From a virus (taxonomy: Duplodnaviria; Caudoviricetes), in IMG/VR virus record IMGVR_UViG_3300035137_000015, positions 1 to 53,031 of that record: 53,031 nt of DNA; one strand, 5' to 3'. Numbering within the stretch: position 1 is the first letter of the stretch; the number at the start of each line of letters is the position of its first letter. The position numbers and the translations under genes were made by a program. The notes beneath the pieces are model-generated. The model was not told the DNA's origin and did not search any database. It worked only from the letters and a program-made list of their open reading frames with translations. Below are positions 16,463-25,144 of this stretch, one piece after another.

Positions 16463-17607
16463 TCCGCTCCTCCCGTCTTCAGACTCTCTCGGCAAATCCG
16501 CCGTATTTCCTCCGGCGTCGCCTCAACCCTCGGAGAGGACAGCGTCTCCGCCGTCTCTCCCGTCACGTAGTGCGCCGCTCTTTCGATTTTTCCGCTTCCC
16601 GGCCGTCTCTCTACCCACCCGGAAGAAACGGACTTGTCGACCAATCTCGTGACGCTCAGGGGGATTCGTTGCCCATCCTCAACGGCCGTGTTATACGCAA
16701 GCACCAATTTATCCGGATCTATCGCCAATCCCCGATCGATGCACTGCTCAACGTACTTCATGGCGTTGTATCCGACCGTTGCTGCGTCCGGTCTACCCGG
16801 CTCGGCTTTGAGCTTGTATCTCCGCGAGTAGTCTCGAGCCTTGCCGTTGACAAATGTTTTGACGTCTCTCCAACAACCAAGCGCAAGGCCCCTAGCTGCC
16901 ACATCTGTTCTGATCTGCTCAAGAATGGCGTCGATGTCGGTGTCTGATTTGCAGTAGGACTCACGGAGCAATACCGCGAAGGCCGGACCGTCCAGCGGGT
17001 CGTAACACTCACCGGCAAGATCGGTCACCAATGCGTCAATCTTTTTCGCAGTGGGATCTTTTACCACTTCGATGTCTCGTCTATTCGACTCCGACAACGA
17101 TGTCTTGTCCGATTCGACTCTCGTAGAAGAAAATATATGTTTGTTTTCAGCACAGTTAGGCACAGTACGGGTAAGAGTGACGCGCTGTGACGCGCTGTGA
17201 CGCGCCGTGACGTTTTCGTTCGTTTTGTGACTGCATGTCACGTTTTGTGACGCATCGAGCCGCGCCTTCGCCTTCCTCTTCTCCCGAGATGTCCTCGCTC
17301 TTTGCGCGTCGCTCTGTGATGCTTCCTGCGCATCAGCAAAATTCGGCCAGAACAAACCGTCTTCGACGATGGTCCAAACGTTTTTCTCAAGGAGGCGTCT
17401 GAGCCCCTTCTCAGCTGTTTCTACCGGGAAACCGTAGCCAATCATCACGGCGACATCCTCGCCGTTGTAGACGTCGTCTACGAGCCCTGCGCGGTCAAAT
17501 CGCCTGGCCAATAATGTCATCACGGCTTGTGCCTCCCATCCGAGGAGCTTCCACGTTTTGGTGTCCCTCGTGTAAATCCTCACATATCGTTCGTTCGACC
17601 AGTCCAA
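16459..17607 (-). CDS. Putative replication initiator protein
   Basis: Winged-helix-like N-terminus, 'SDAQRARTSREKRK' basic helix, internal iteron-like DNA repeats; follows recombination genes. Confidence 0.6.
   Translation of the reverse strand: MDWSNERYVRIYTRDTKTWKLLGWEAQAVMTLLARRFDRAGLVDDVYNGEDVAVMIGYGFPVETAEKGLRRLLEKNVWTIVEDGLFWPNFADAQEASQSDAQRARTSREKRKAKARLDASQNVTCSHKTNENVTARHSASQRVTLTRTVPNCAENKHIFSSTRVESDKTSLSESNRRDIEVVKDPTAKKIDALVTDLAGECYDPLDGPAFAVLLRESYCKSDTDIDAILEQIRTDVAARGLALGCWRDVKTFVNGKARDYSRRYKLKAEPGRPDAATVGYNAMKYVEQCIDRGLAIDPDKLVLAYNTAVEDGQRIPLSVTRLVDKSVSSGWVERRPGSGKIERAAHYVTGETAETLSSPRVEATPEEIRRICRESLKTGGAE
17177..17253. repeat. 10-bp-phased GTGAC iteron-like repeats (candidate origin)
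   Basis: GTGAC at 17177, 17187, 17197, 17207, 17227, 17247; inverted GTCAC at 17237. Confidence 0.6.
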
Positions 17608-17610
17608 TCC

Positions 17611-17901
17611 CTACGCCTTCAACGCCTCCGGCTCGTTGTAGGACCGGTCCATCTCTTCGATGATCGTCGCGTCTCTCTCAAAACGCCTGTGTGAATTGAG
17701 TTTGCGTCGACCAAGTGGCGCCCGGTTGGCAACCCAGCCCTCGTGTTTCAATCTCGCCTTGGCTCTCTTTTCGTTGCGCTTGCGAAGCCTGCGGCGGCGG
17801 TTTCTCTCGTTGCGATAATCAAGCAAATCTTTCAACATGGTCCCAATTGTCACTTTCGTACCGTCCACCTCTCCACCTCCTGCTGCGTCTGTGTATTTCA
17901 T
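17611..17901 (-). CDS. Basic hypothetical protein
   Basis: MKYTD... Arg-rich ORF directly downstream of RNA cluster. Confidence 0.45.
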   Translation of the reverse strand: MKYTDAAGGGEVDGTKVTIGTMLKDLLDYRNERNRRRRLRKRNEKRAKARLKHEGWVANRAPLGRRKLNSHRRFERDATIIEEMDRSYNEPEALKA

Positions 17902-17919
17902 TTTACAATATCCGAATAG

Positions 17920-18046
17920 TGGGCCGGGCAGGGCTCGAACCTGCAATACGTGTTTCCCCTTCATTCAACCTCGATGAGGTGGAGTAGGGCGGGGTGCAAC
18001 GAGCTGTCCCTACCAGGCATGCGTCTGCCAATTCCGCCACCGGCCC
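17920..18046 (-). ncRNA. tRNA-like RNA 1 (Leu-type D arm, expanded anticodon domain, 127 nt)
   Basis: Acceptor GGGCCGG/CCGGCCC-A, D arm TGGCGGAATTGGCAGACGC, T arm GCAGG-TTCGAGC-CCTGC; ~75-nt middle without canonical anticodon stem-loop. Confidence 0.7.
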
Positions 18047-18096
18047 AAGTTGCCCCAATCGCTCCAGGGGCATCGGAGAACAGCTGCCAACTGTTG

Positions 18097-18373
18097 TGGA
18101 GGCGCCGGGAGTCGAACCCGGGTCCATCTTCCCATTCAGGTACCGATCATTCACGTGCGTAGTCTCACAGACAGTAAAGAAAAATGTGAATTGATTCCCG
18201 TAAAATGGCGCCGCATACGATACACGGGAACTCTCGCATGTGACGGAAGGTCTAAGCCGCCTTCTGTTGTTGTACGTCTTCGACGATTCTGAGTTTACGG
18301 ATTTTTGCCCTGATTCCGTCACCAGGGGCACGCACGATATCTTTCTGTTGGATGTCGAAACCAGTTCGCCCCC
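18097..18373 (-). ncRNA. ssrA: tmRNA (compact, 277 nt)
   Basis: 5' GGGGGCGAACTGGTTTCGAC, 3' GACCCGGGTTCGACTCCCGGCGCCTCCA with G3-U70 pair; pseudoknot CCCTG/CAGGG + ACGGA/TCCGT; tag frame ...VEDVQQQKAA* at 18252-18284. Confidence 0.9.
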
Positions 18374-18616
18374 AAGTTGCCCCGTACACCCGGGGCCACG
18401 GTGGCTGTGTACAGCCATAGCCATTTCACATGTTTTAGACTTAGTCTTTTTCAGTAGCCCGGTGGAACCACCCCCTTTCGGATTTTTATATTTGTTAGGG
18501 TTAAACTGCCCCGTATGCCCGAGACCACGGCTTCGTGCCAATCGGTAGACCGTACGGTTGCCATATTTATGGCGTGCTGTCGCAACTCGATGCACTCCTG
18601 GTGCCGATTGACACTG

Positions 18617-18751
18617 TCCGGCCACTACGAATCGAACGTAGCTTTCCACCTCATGCGAGCGCCCAATATTACCAGCCTGTTTTGTATCGCATCCCATGCG
18701 ACACGATACACTGATAGCAGTAGGCAGATGGGCTTGCACCATCATGGCCGG
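18617..18751 (-). ncRNA. tRNA-like RNA 2 (expanded anticodon domain, 135 nt)
   Basis: Acceptor CCGGCCA/TGGCCGG-A, D-like stem ATGG/CCAT, T arm CTACG-TTCGATT-CGTAG, long nested stem in the middle. Confidence 0.6.
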
Positions 18752-18759
18752 GTCGTTTG

Positions 18760-19971
18760 TCACTTCTGCTCCTTCGCCGCCGCCCTGGGCTCCATCTCGC
18801 TGATCGCCCAGGTGAGCTGCTCTTTGGTCGCGGACATCACCGCAAAGTTCTGTTTGCGGCAAAACTCGGACAGCTTCACCATGTTGTTATCGCTGCCCCA
18901 TACGCGCTTTGAAAGATCGATGAGCCGCTGGCGAAGTTCCCCTGTCGCATCGGGTGCAGCCTTTGGTTGGTCCGGTTTCTCCGGCTGCTTCTTCTCATCC
19001 GTGATCCGCCTGTTATCTTCGGCGATGGTGGAGAGAGTCGGCTTCGGCTTCTCTTTCGGTGCATCATCACCGTTGCCCTCTCGCTCTTCGCGGACCTCTT
19101 CAATTACGGCCTTCCATGTTGTTTCGCCGCTCTTGATTGCCTTGTGAAGCTGGCGCATATGGTCAATCTGCGCAGGAGACAACTTGTCGAGATCATCGCC
19201 TGCATACTCTTCGAGGTCTCCGGGGGTAACGTTAAGCGCGGCAAACGCGTCTATCATCCGTTTCCGAGCCCCGTCCGGATCCTTGGCCGCGTCGCCATGT
19301 CTAATCTCCATGATTCGGCGTCGGCATTCGGCCTGGATGTCACCCGGAACGAGCCGAAGAATTGCGTTTCTGATCGCCTTGGACTCGGCCGAGCTCTGCT
19401 TCTTCGTCATCTCTGCCTCATCTGCCGGGAGGATGTAGTTGACCTTGTTTGATGATGTAACACGTGTTCCAAGCGCAACCTCTCCCCTCTTCACAAATCG
19501 GCGCTCCATCGTCTTTTCGAGAACGGTTTGTTTTGGGATCGCGATATTGTTCTCGATGTCGAATACGGTCACTTCTATGATTCTTTTTTTGTCGTCCTCC
19601 CATAGAATGGATGACTTTACGTCGAGGTTCCCCATAACCCTCATGCACTCCTCGGCAAACCGAATGGAAAACCCCTCTGCGTTGTCGTATCCGGGGAGCT
19701 TGTACCAAGCCGATCCAGGCTGTTTTCCGTTTCCCTTGTCGATGTCGGAATCAGCAAACCCAGGGCGCTCAACGGCCTTCAGGAGCTTCGAGCGGACGGC
19801 GTCCATGCTCCTCGGGAATTTCTTTGCAACCACGAACCGGGCTTCAACCATCGCTTTCTCTCGAGCCGCCATTACCGCCTCGACGGTCGACCCGGTAGTC
19901 TCTATCGATTGTTCTGAAAAGCCATCCCGGGCGACTATTGCGCCGCCTGTGTGTTCGGTTTCTTGAATCAT
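18760..19971 (-). CDS. Putative recombination/ssDNA-annealing partner protein
   Basis: Directly downstream of YqaJ exonuclease; 'AKKFPRS...WYKLP..GFSIRFAEE...SKAIRNAILRLVP' phage family motifs. Confidence 0.55.
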   Translation of the reverse strand: MIQETEHTGGAIVARDGFSEQSIETTGSTVEAVMAAREKAMVEARFVVAKKFPRSMDAVRSKLLKAVERPGFADSDIDKGNGKQPGSAWYKLPGYDNAEGFSIRFAEECMRVMGNLDVKSSILWEDDKKRIIEVTVFDIENNIAIPKQTVLEKTMERRFVKRGEVALGTRVTSSNKVNYILPADEAEMTKKQSSAESKAIRNAILRLVPGDIQAECRRRIMEIRHGDAAKDPDGARKRMIDAFAALNVTPGDLEEYAGDDLDKLSPAQIDHMRQLHKAIKSGETTWKAVIEEVREEREGNGDDAPKEKPKPTLSTIAEDNRRITDEKKQPEKPDQPKAAPDATGELRQRLIDLSKRVWGSDNNMVKLSEFCRKQNFAVMSATKEQLTWAISEMEPRAAAKEQK

Positions 19972-20861
19972 ACCCTTTTCCTCCTCATCGTTCGAGATGT
20001 TGTTGGCTTGACGGTGCACGTATACCCCTTTCGCGTGGTGGTCGTGAGCGTCAAAATTGTTCCGTCTGGAAGAGCGCCGAATGTCGCGTCTCCAATCATG
20101 GCGCGGAGCTTGGCCTCAAGCTCGTCCAGCGACCTCTTGCAGCTCGTGATATTCTCCTTGGCCTGCTCCCATTCGTTCGCCAGCTCTACTGCATATGAGT
20201 CGAGGGGAACCGTCTCGCCGTTGTCCTCAGGGTAGAGCCTCTTGATTGCATCGAGGCACTTCGGTGACGAGACGGGCGGCGGATCCTTGTCAATGATTCG
20301 CTGCCGGAATATCTCGAGCCGTGGGATCATTGATTCAATGAAATCATCGTTTCGATCCATGTCGCCGAGGTGGATCTCAATCCCTCCGACGACTCCGCAG
20401 TAGGCCCCCCACGAAGCATCTTTGCAGGCAACCTGGGTCTGAAGCTGTATCTGCAACCAAATGGGAATGTCCCCGTCCCACTCGCGGCGTTTCATAAATC
20501 CGGCGTGCTTGATCTCGAGCGGGGAAGGGGGATCGAGCATTGGATCTTCGTCGATGTCCCATGTGTCCCGGTCCACTGTCGCACCGAGCCACGGTATCGA
20601 CGGGTGGATGGTGATGTCGGTTGCTCCCGTGTCGCGCACATATCGCCCCGTTTTGGCCGCGTAGACGTTCGCTATTCCGTCCTCTAGCTCCCTGCCGAGG
20701 AGCATGGCGTCATTGTCCTCGATCTCTTCTCCGGTCACTTTTGAGACGTAAACATCAAGCGCCGTCCGACGCGGATCGAATCCAAGGATCGCCGCAACGT
20801 CGGACGCGGTGATAAGCTCTCGGCGCTTGGCCAGCCATTCGGCGCGGGATATGGTTTTCAT
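19968..20861 (-). CDS. YqaJ-like viral recombinase/exonuclease
   Basis: 'EWLAKRRELITASDVAAILG', 'GRELE', 'HPSIPWLGATVD', 'LEIK', 'QLQTQ'. Confidence 0.92.
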   Translation of the reverse strand: MKTISRAEWLAKRRELITASDVAAILGFDPRRTALDVYVSKVTGEEIEDNDAMLLGRELEDGIANVYAAKTGRYVRDTGATDITIHPSIPWLGATVDRDTWDIDEDPMLDPPSPLEIKHAGFMKRREWDGDIPIWLQIQLQTQVACKDASWGAYCGVVGGIEIHLGDMDRNDDFIESMIPRLEIFRQRIIDKDPPPVSSPKCLDAIKRLYPEDNGETVPLDSYAVELANEWEQAKENITSCKRSLDELEAKLRAMIGDATFGALPDGTILTLTTTTRKGYTCTVKPTTSRTMRRKRV

Positions 20862-21340
20862 TACATCACCTCCAGTATCCAGGACATGTATTTTTCAAAC
20901 GCCGAAGGAACATCGGATGACAGGTCGGCGGCCCAGGAGATACACATGGGGCACCCGTCTGCGTTGCCAACGGCGGCGTTAAATGCGGCGTAGCTGGAAG
21001 CCCCCCTGTGAGCCTTGGTGGCCCTGGCGGCGGCCATCAAGGCCGCCTTTCTTGCGGCCTCGTATCCGGTCACCAGATACCACCAGACGATGTCAGGACA
21101 GTCCCACAGGTGTGCTACGTCAAGCGCGACACGCCTCGACACTCGGTTGGCTCTCCACGGCGAACGGTCGTAGAGCATGCGTGACAGCACCCATATGCGG
21201 TCAAATAAATTGACATCGAGCGCGGCGATCTCGTCCTGTGAGAGCTTCTCGCGACAGCCCCAGAGCCAGCGCAGCCGTCCCTCTGTGTAGCCGGCGCACG
21301 GGCCGTATGACAGGATCTGCTCTACGGTCGCGGTGATCAC
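20861..21340 (-). CDS. Paralog of 13627-14145
   Basis: Shared 'TATVE.I.S.GPC', 'SPWRANRV', 'CPD.VWWYLVTGYEAA', 'EKY..WILEVM'. Confidence 0.65.
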   Translation of the reverse strand: MITATVEQILSYGPCAGYTEGRLRWLWGCREKLSQDEIAALDVNLFDRIWVLSRMLYDRSPWRANRVSRRVALDVAHLWDCPDIVWWYLVTGYEAARKAALMAAARATKAHRGASSYAAFNAAVGNADGCPMCISWAADLSSDVPSAFEKYMSWILEVM

Positions 21341-22761
21341 TTCGTCACCTTCATCTCACCGCCATCCACGCGGGCGATGAACGCAGTGGCGCCGGCGGCC
21401 TTCAGCTCGGCTACGAGGGCTTTGAAGTTGTCCGGGTCCAGCTTCTCCGCGTCGTCGATGAACACCGGTTTGAACCCGTCTTTGAATCGCAGCGTGGACA
21501 ACGTGACGGCCGTCTTGAGCTTCGCGGCGCTGTTTACCGTTGGCCATGCGACGCCGTCGATGTACATCTCACCGTCTTTGATTTCGAGACCGTCGATCGG
21601 TATGTTCTTGGCAAGCTCTGACCGAAACAGATCTATCTCTTTGAGTGCTGCGGTCATCCGATCGCTGAGCTTCTTCAACTCTTCAGCACCCTGTTCATTT
21701 TCGTCCGCGATGCGTGCGGTGTTTTGGAGCTGGAGAATGTGCTTCTCCCGCTCGCGTAGCTCGGCAAGATCTGCGGCCAGCTGGGATGCCCGCTCGCTAT
21801 CGGCTTCGACCTGGGAAAGCTCCGCGAGGCGGACATCGTCGGCGATGGCGTGTGCGTCTCGGTATTCGGCCTGAGCGTCGCCCATTTCGGCGTCTGCCAA
21901 GGCGCGGCGATCTTTCAGCTCGGCTTCCATCTCGGCCCTGAGTTTCGCCTCGAGCTGCGCCAAGTCGTCTCTGAGCTCGGCCTCCTTTGCGTCCAAGGCC
22001 CTTGCCGCTTCGACTTTACGCGCCTTGCATTTTCCATCGATGCTTTCACGTCGCGTCGCCACAGACTCGCGGATCGCCTGCAGCTCGGCGTCAATCTCGG
22101 CGATGCCCTCGACGGTCGGCATCTCTGCGGGGAGGTCTCTCCGTAGCTGCTCCGCCGTTTTCTTCTTGCCTTGGTGATCGACGTTCACGCCCGTGCGGGC
22201 CTTGTAAATGACCCCCCTTATCCGGTCTATCTGCTTGAGGGGATGGATCCCCGTGGGAACTGGATCAAAACCGGCGGGGTCAAAACCGATCCGTTCCCAC
22301 AGGGAGGTGGGGTTGAACTCAATTGGCATGGCTTCCAGGAGTAGCTCTATGCGCCGCTCCTTTTTGGCGGCAATGAACTCTACCGGGTTCATGGATGGGC
22401 CGTCGAAAAGGGCGTCAAGCACCTTCTGCGGCGCGTTGACTTTTTTGAATGCCTGGGAGTCTCCGACCTGCTGTTTAACGGTCAGCTTGTTGTTGATCTT
22501 CTCGATGATCATCCGTCCGGCATCGCCGTCGAGCACCAGCACGCCCTCGGCGGGCTCATCCTCGGGGGCGTCTTTGCTCTTTAGGGTAGCCAGGTTTCCG
22601 CCGCCAATGAGGCATTTATAACCTTTCAAGACCGACGATTTGCCGACGCCGTTCTCTCCGGATAGGATGGTAACTCCGGATTCCATGTCCACGCTGAACT
22701 CTCGGATACCGAGAATGTTTTTCAGTGTCATGCTGACAGCGTAAATCTTCGGGGCGGTCAT
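21337..22761 (-). CDS. SMC/Rad50-like ABC ATPase
   Basis: Walker A 'GENGVGKSS', long coiled coil, Walker B 'VFIDDAEKLD'. Confidence 0.85.
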   Translation of the reverse strand: MTAPKIYAVSMTLKNILGIREFSVDMESGVTILSGENGVGKSSVLKGYKCLIGGGNLATLKSKDAPEDEPAEGVLVLDGDAGRMIIEKINNKLTVKQQVGDSQAFKKVNAPQKVLDALFDGPSMNPVEFIAAKKERRIELLLEAMPIEFNPTSLWERIGFDPAGFDPVPTGIHPLKQIDRIRGVIYKARTGVNVDHQGKKKTAEQLRRDLPAEMPTVEGIAEIDAELQAIRESVATRRESIDGKCKARKVEAARALDAKEAELRDDLAQLEAKLRAEMEAELKDRRALADAEMGDAQAEYRDAHAIADDVRLAELSQVEADSERASQLAADLAELREREKHILQLQNTARIADENEQGAEELKKLSDRMTAALKEIDLFRSELAKNIPIDGLEIKDGEMYIDGVAWPTVNSAAKLKTAVTLSTLRFKDGFKPVFIDDAEKLDPDNFKALVAELKAAGATAFIARVDGGEMKVTK

Positions 22762-23198
22762 GATACCACCTCCATCTCATCGGCCTGGTCTCGGGTGAGG
22801 AGCTTGAAGTCAACGAGCTTGTCACCGATATCGGCGATCCCCTTTTCGGTCGTGTATTGGTAACCCGCCACGAGGGCGCTCGCCGGGTTTTTAAACGGCT
22901 TTCTACTGACCAGTTTTCCGCCAAATGTCGCGAAATATGCCGCCTCACATGCGGCGTTGATGCGCTTCCTGGCCATCTCGTAACTGGTTGCGGTCCGAGG
23001 AATCTCGAAGACATCAGTCCGGCCGTTTTTCTTGGCAATCTCGCGGGCGCGGCCAAGGTACCCGACCGCGTAGAAAAACACCCTGTCCTCGACGACCATT
23101 ACGCCATCGACAGAGTCGTACTGGTAGTGTCGAGAGTTCATCCAGTCGCAGAAACGCGACCAGTCATCCAGTCTTAAATCGTGTGCCCTTGATTCCAT
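22758..23198 (-). CDS. Hypothetical protein (first gene of leftward early operon)
   Basis: ATG after GGAGG; ATGA overlap with ATPase. Confidence 0.55.
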   Translation of the reverse strand: MESRAHDLRLDDWSRFCDWMNSRHYQYDSVDGVMVVEDRVFFYAVGYLGRAREIAKKNGRTDVFEIPRTATSYEMARKRINAACEAAYFATFGGKLVSRKPFKNPASALVAGYQYTTEKGIADIGDKLVDFKLLTRDQADEMEVVS

Positions 23199-23427
23199 TG
23201 ATTCCTCCGTTGAAAAGGCGGTGGCCGGGCCAATTGACGAACCAGCCCGGCCACCGAGTCCCATCTTCGGAGGGAAAGGTGGGATCCTAAACGCGCGTCA
23301 TTGTTTCATATTTGCCTGTCTGTCTTTCCTCCGAAGACACCAGCTATTAGTGCACGGCCTGTGCCACGAAAACGCCCTAGTAATTTCGGATATTTACAGA
23401 TTTGTCGTTTTCATGGTTGCAACAAGG

Positions 23428-23457
23428 ACTTGACATAATATATCGATTATGCGTAAC
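23428..23457 (-). other. dif-like XerC/XerD recombination site
   Basis: Minus strand GTTACGCATAA-TCGATATA-TTATGTCAAGT vs E. coli dif GGTGCGCATAA-TGTATA-TTATGTTAAAT; in AT-rich divergent intergenic region. Confidence 0.7.
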
Positions 23458-23700
23458 AGATTTCGAAACTGCCCTAATTTGTTAAAGAAATAGCGTCATT
23501 GCAATACTGTTATTCTTTTTTTCAGATTTGAAACCGTGATTTTGATAATCATGTAATTTGCAAGGTATCCCAAAACAGTGTGCACGCGGTGGATCTTCGC
23601 AGACTCCTGGAGACATGTCAAAAAAATAAACGGTTGCGAATACCAAAATGATGGATTATGTTTCTGAACAGGCGAACCGAAACGCGCGGAGGAGGGAATA

Positions 23701-24222
23701 ATGAGATCGATAATCTTTGTGATGGCGCTTGCGCTCGGTTGCAGCGAAGAGCCCGACACGTACTGGGTCGGTGACGGTGACGACACCGACACGGAGACGG
23801 TGACGATGTTCGGCGACACGGATGCCGATTCCGATACGGACGCCGATGGCGACGGCGACATCGACGCGGATACGGATTCCGACGCGGACGCGGATTCCGA
23901 TGCGGACGCGGACGCCGATGGTGACACCGGTATTGAGATCGGGACTGATACGGGGCCGGATTTGAGTCACTGCGAAGGGGACGACAGAGAGTGTGCCATG
24001 GGTTTTGAGCAAGCAGATATTTGCGAAGATCGCGGGGGCACCCTGGTAGCTGCTGGTGGCTGTAACTGCTGTCTATACGCCCCAATTTGCCCCACCGATC
24101 AATCCGGCTACGAGTGCTTTCAGGGTGATAACGGAGCCCAGGATTGTCGAGACGCCGGTGGAAGCGTAACCAAGGACTTCAGGTGTGACCCGTCTGTCGG
24201 CGGGTACTGCTGCGAGGTGTGA
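23701..24222 (+). CDS. Lipoprotein with DxDxD linker and Cys-rich C-terminal domain
   Basis: LALG-C lipobox, long DTDADSD repeat, multiple Cys. Confidence 0.8.
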   Translation: MRSIIFVMALALGCSEEPDTYWVGDGDDTDTETVTMFGDTDADSDTDADGDGDIDADTDSDADADSDADADADGDTGIEIGTDTGPDLSHCEGDDRECAMGFEQADICEDRGGTLVAAGGCNCCLYAPICPTDQSGYECFQGDNGAQDCRDAGGSVTKDFRCDPSVGGYCCEV

Positions 24223-24223
24223 C

Positions 24224-24646
24224 ATGGCCAAAAACGCTGGGGCGAGCGTTGGATCAATAGTTACGGTACTGATTCCGATTGTGATACTTTTCATGATCGT
24301 CGATACAGTTGGATGGCTTACCGTTATCGCCGCCGTAGTGGTCGGAATAGTGCTTCTCATATTTTTAAATTCCAGGTCGAAGAAGCAACACAGAAAGGCA
24401 CTTGCCCAAAAGTATGGATCAGACCTCGAGATTTTCGAGCGGATTATTGGTGGTACTGTCTGGATGGGGGAGACAGCGGAGCAGCTCACCGACTCAATAG
24501 GTTATCCGGTGGCGGTTGACCGCAAAATTCTGAAGACCAAGATCAAGGAGATCTGGAAATACGATCACCTTGGGAACAATCGATTTGCGATGAGGGTCAC
24601 TCTCGAAAATGACATTGTTGTTGGATGGGACCAGAAGGACGCGTAA
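24224..24646 (+). CDS. Membrane protein with small C-terminal soluble domain
   Basis: Two N-terminal TM helices; 'WMGET.EQL..SIGYP...EIWKY' SmpA/OmlA-like pattern. Confidence 0.6.
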   Translation: MAKNAGASVGSIVTVLIPIVILFMIVDTVGWLTVIAAVVVGIVLLIFLNSRSKKQHRKALAQKYGSDLEIFERIIGGTVWMGETAEQLTDSIGYPVAVDRKILKTKIKEIWKYDHLGNNRFAMRVTLENDIVVGWDQKDA

Positions 24647-25144
24647 CTACCTGAACCGCCTTCGTCTCCACGCATCAGAACGCGCGTAGGTCCCCTCCTC
24701 AAGGCAGCTGCCTCGGTATGGATCCTCACCCCTCAGCCACGCCACAAAAACCGACAGGGCGTAGAACAGGGGCCACGCGACGAGCCACATGGCGAGGCAC
24801 AGGATCCAGTTGGCGCCTGCGGCCAATGACGCACCGGCCGCAACCGCTGCGAACAGCTCCACCACCTCGTATTGCTCGACGTGGTCGTTCTCGTGGTACT
24901 CGATTTCCGTGTCAATCCCAGGCCCCCCCTCGTGGCCCTCCAGGATGAGCCCGCCGTGCCCGAGGGTTACGCCGTGAGCTCCACGCATCGGCACCCTGGC
25001 GAGCCATGATCCGCTTTTGACGATACACCAAAGCCCGCGGTTCCATCGGAGGCCCCTGCCCCATGCTGCTCGGCAGAGCAGAATCAGGAGCCAGACCAGC
25101 GCATCCCACCCAAAAGACCAGAGATAAACGAGATAGGTTTTCAT
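24647..25144 (-). CDS. Membrane protein, possible zinc metalloprotease-like motif
   Basis: Hydrophobic helices, 'GVTLGH...HENDHVEQ...PY...LEE..Y'. Confidence 0.5.
   Translation of the reverse strand: MKTYLVYLWSFGWDALVWLLILLCRAAWGRGLRWNRGLWCIVKSGSWLARVPMRGAHGVTLGHGGLILEGHEGGPGIDTEIEYHENDHVEQYEVVELFAAVAAGASLAAGANWILCLAMWLVAWPLFYALSVFVAWLRGEDPYRGSCLEEGTYARSDAWRRRRFR

Noticed and set aside
17903-18862. 319-aa minus-strand ORF
   Set aside because: Runs through the tmRNA and both tRNA-like RNAs and overlaps the upstream gene; composition is not protein-like.
23496-24085. Ser/Ala- or Arg-repeat minus-strand ORFs
   Set aside because: Shadows of the DxDxD lipoprotein, which has an RBS and lipobox.
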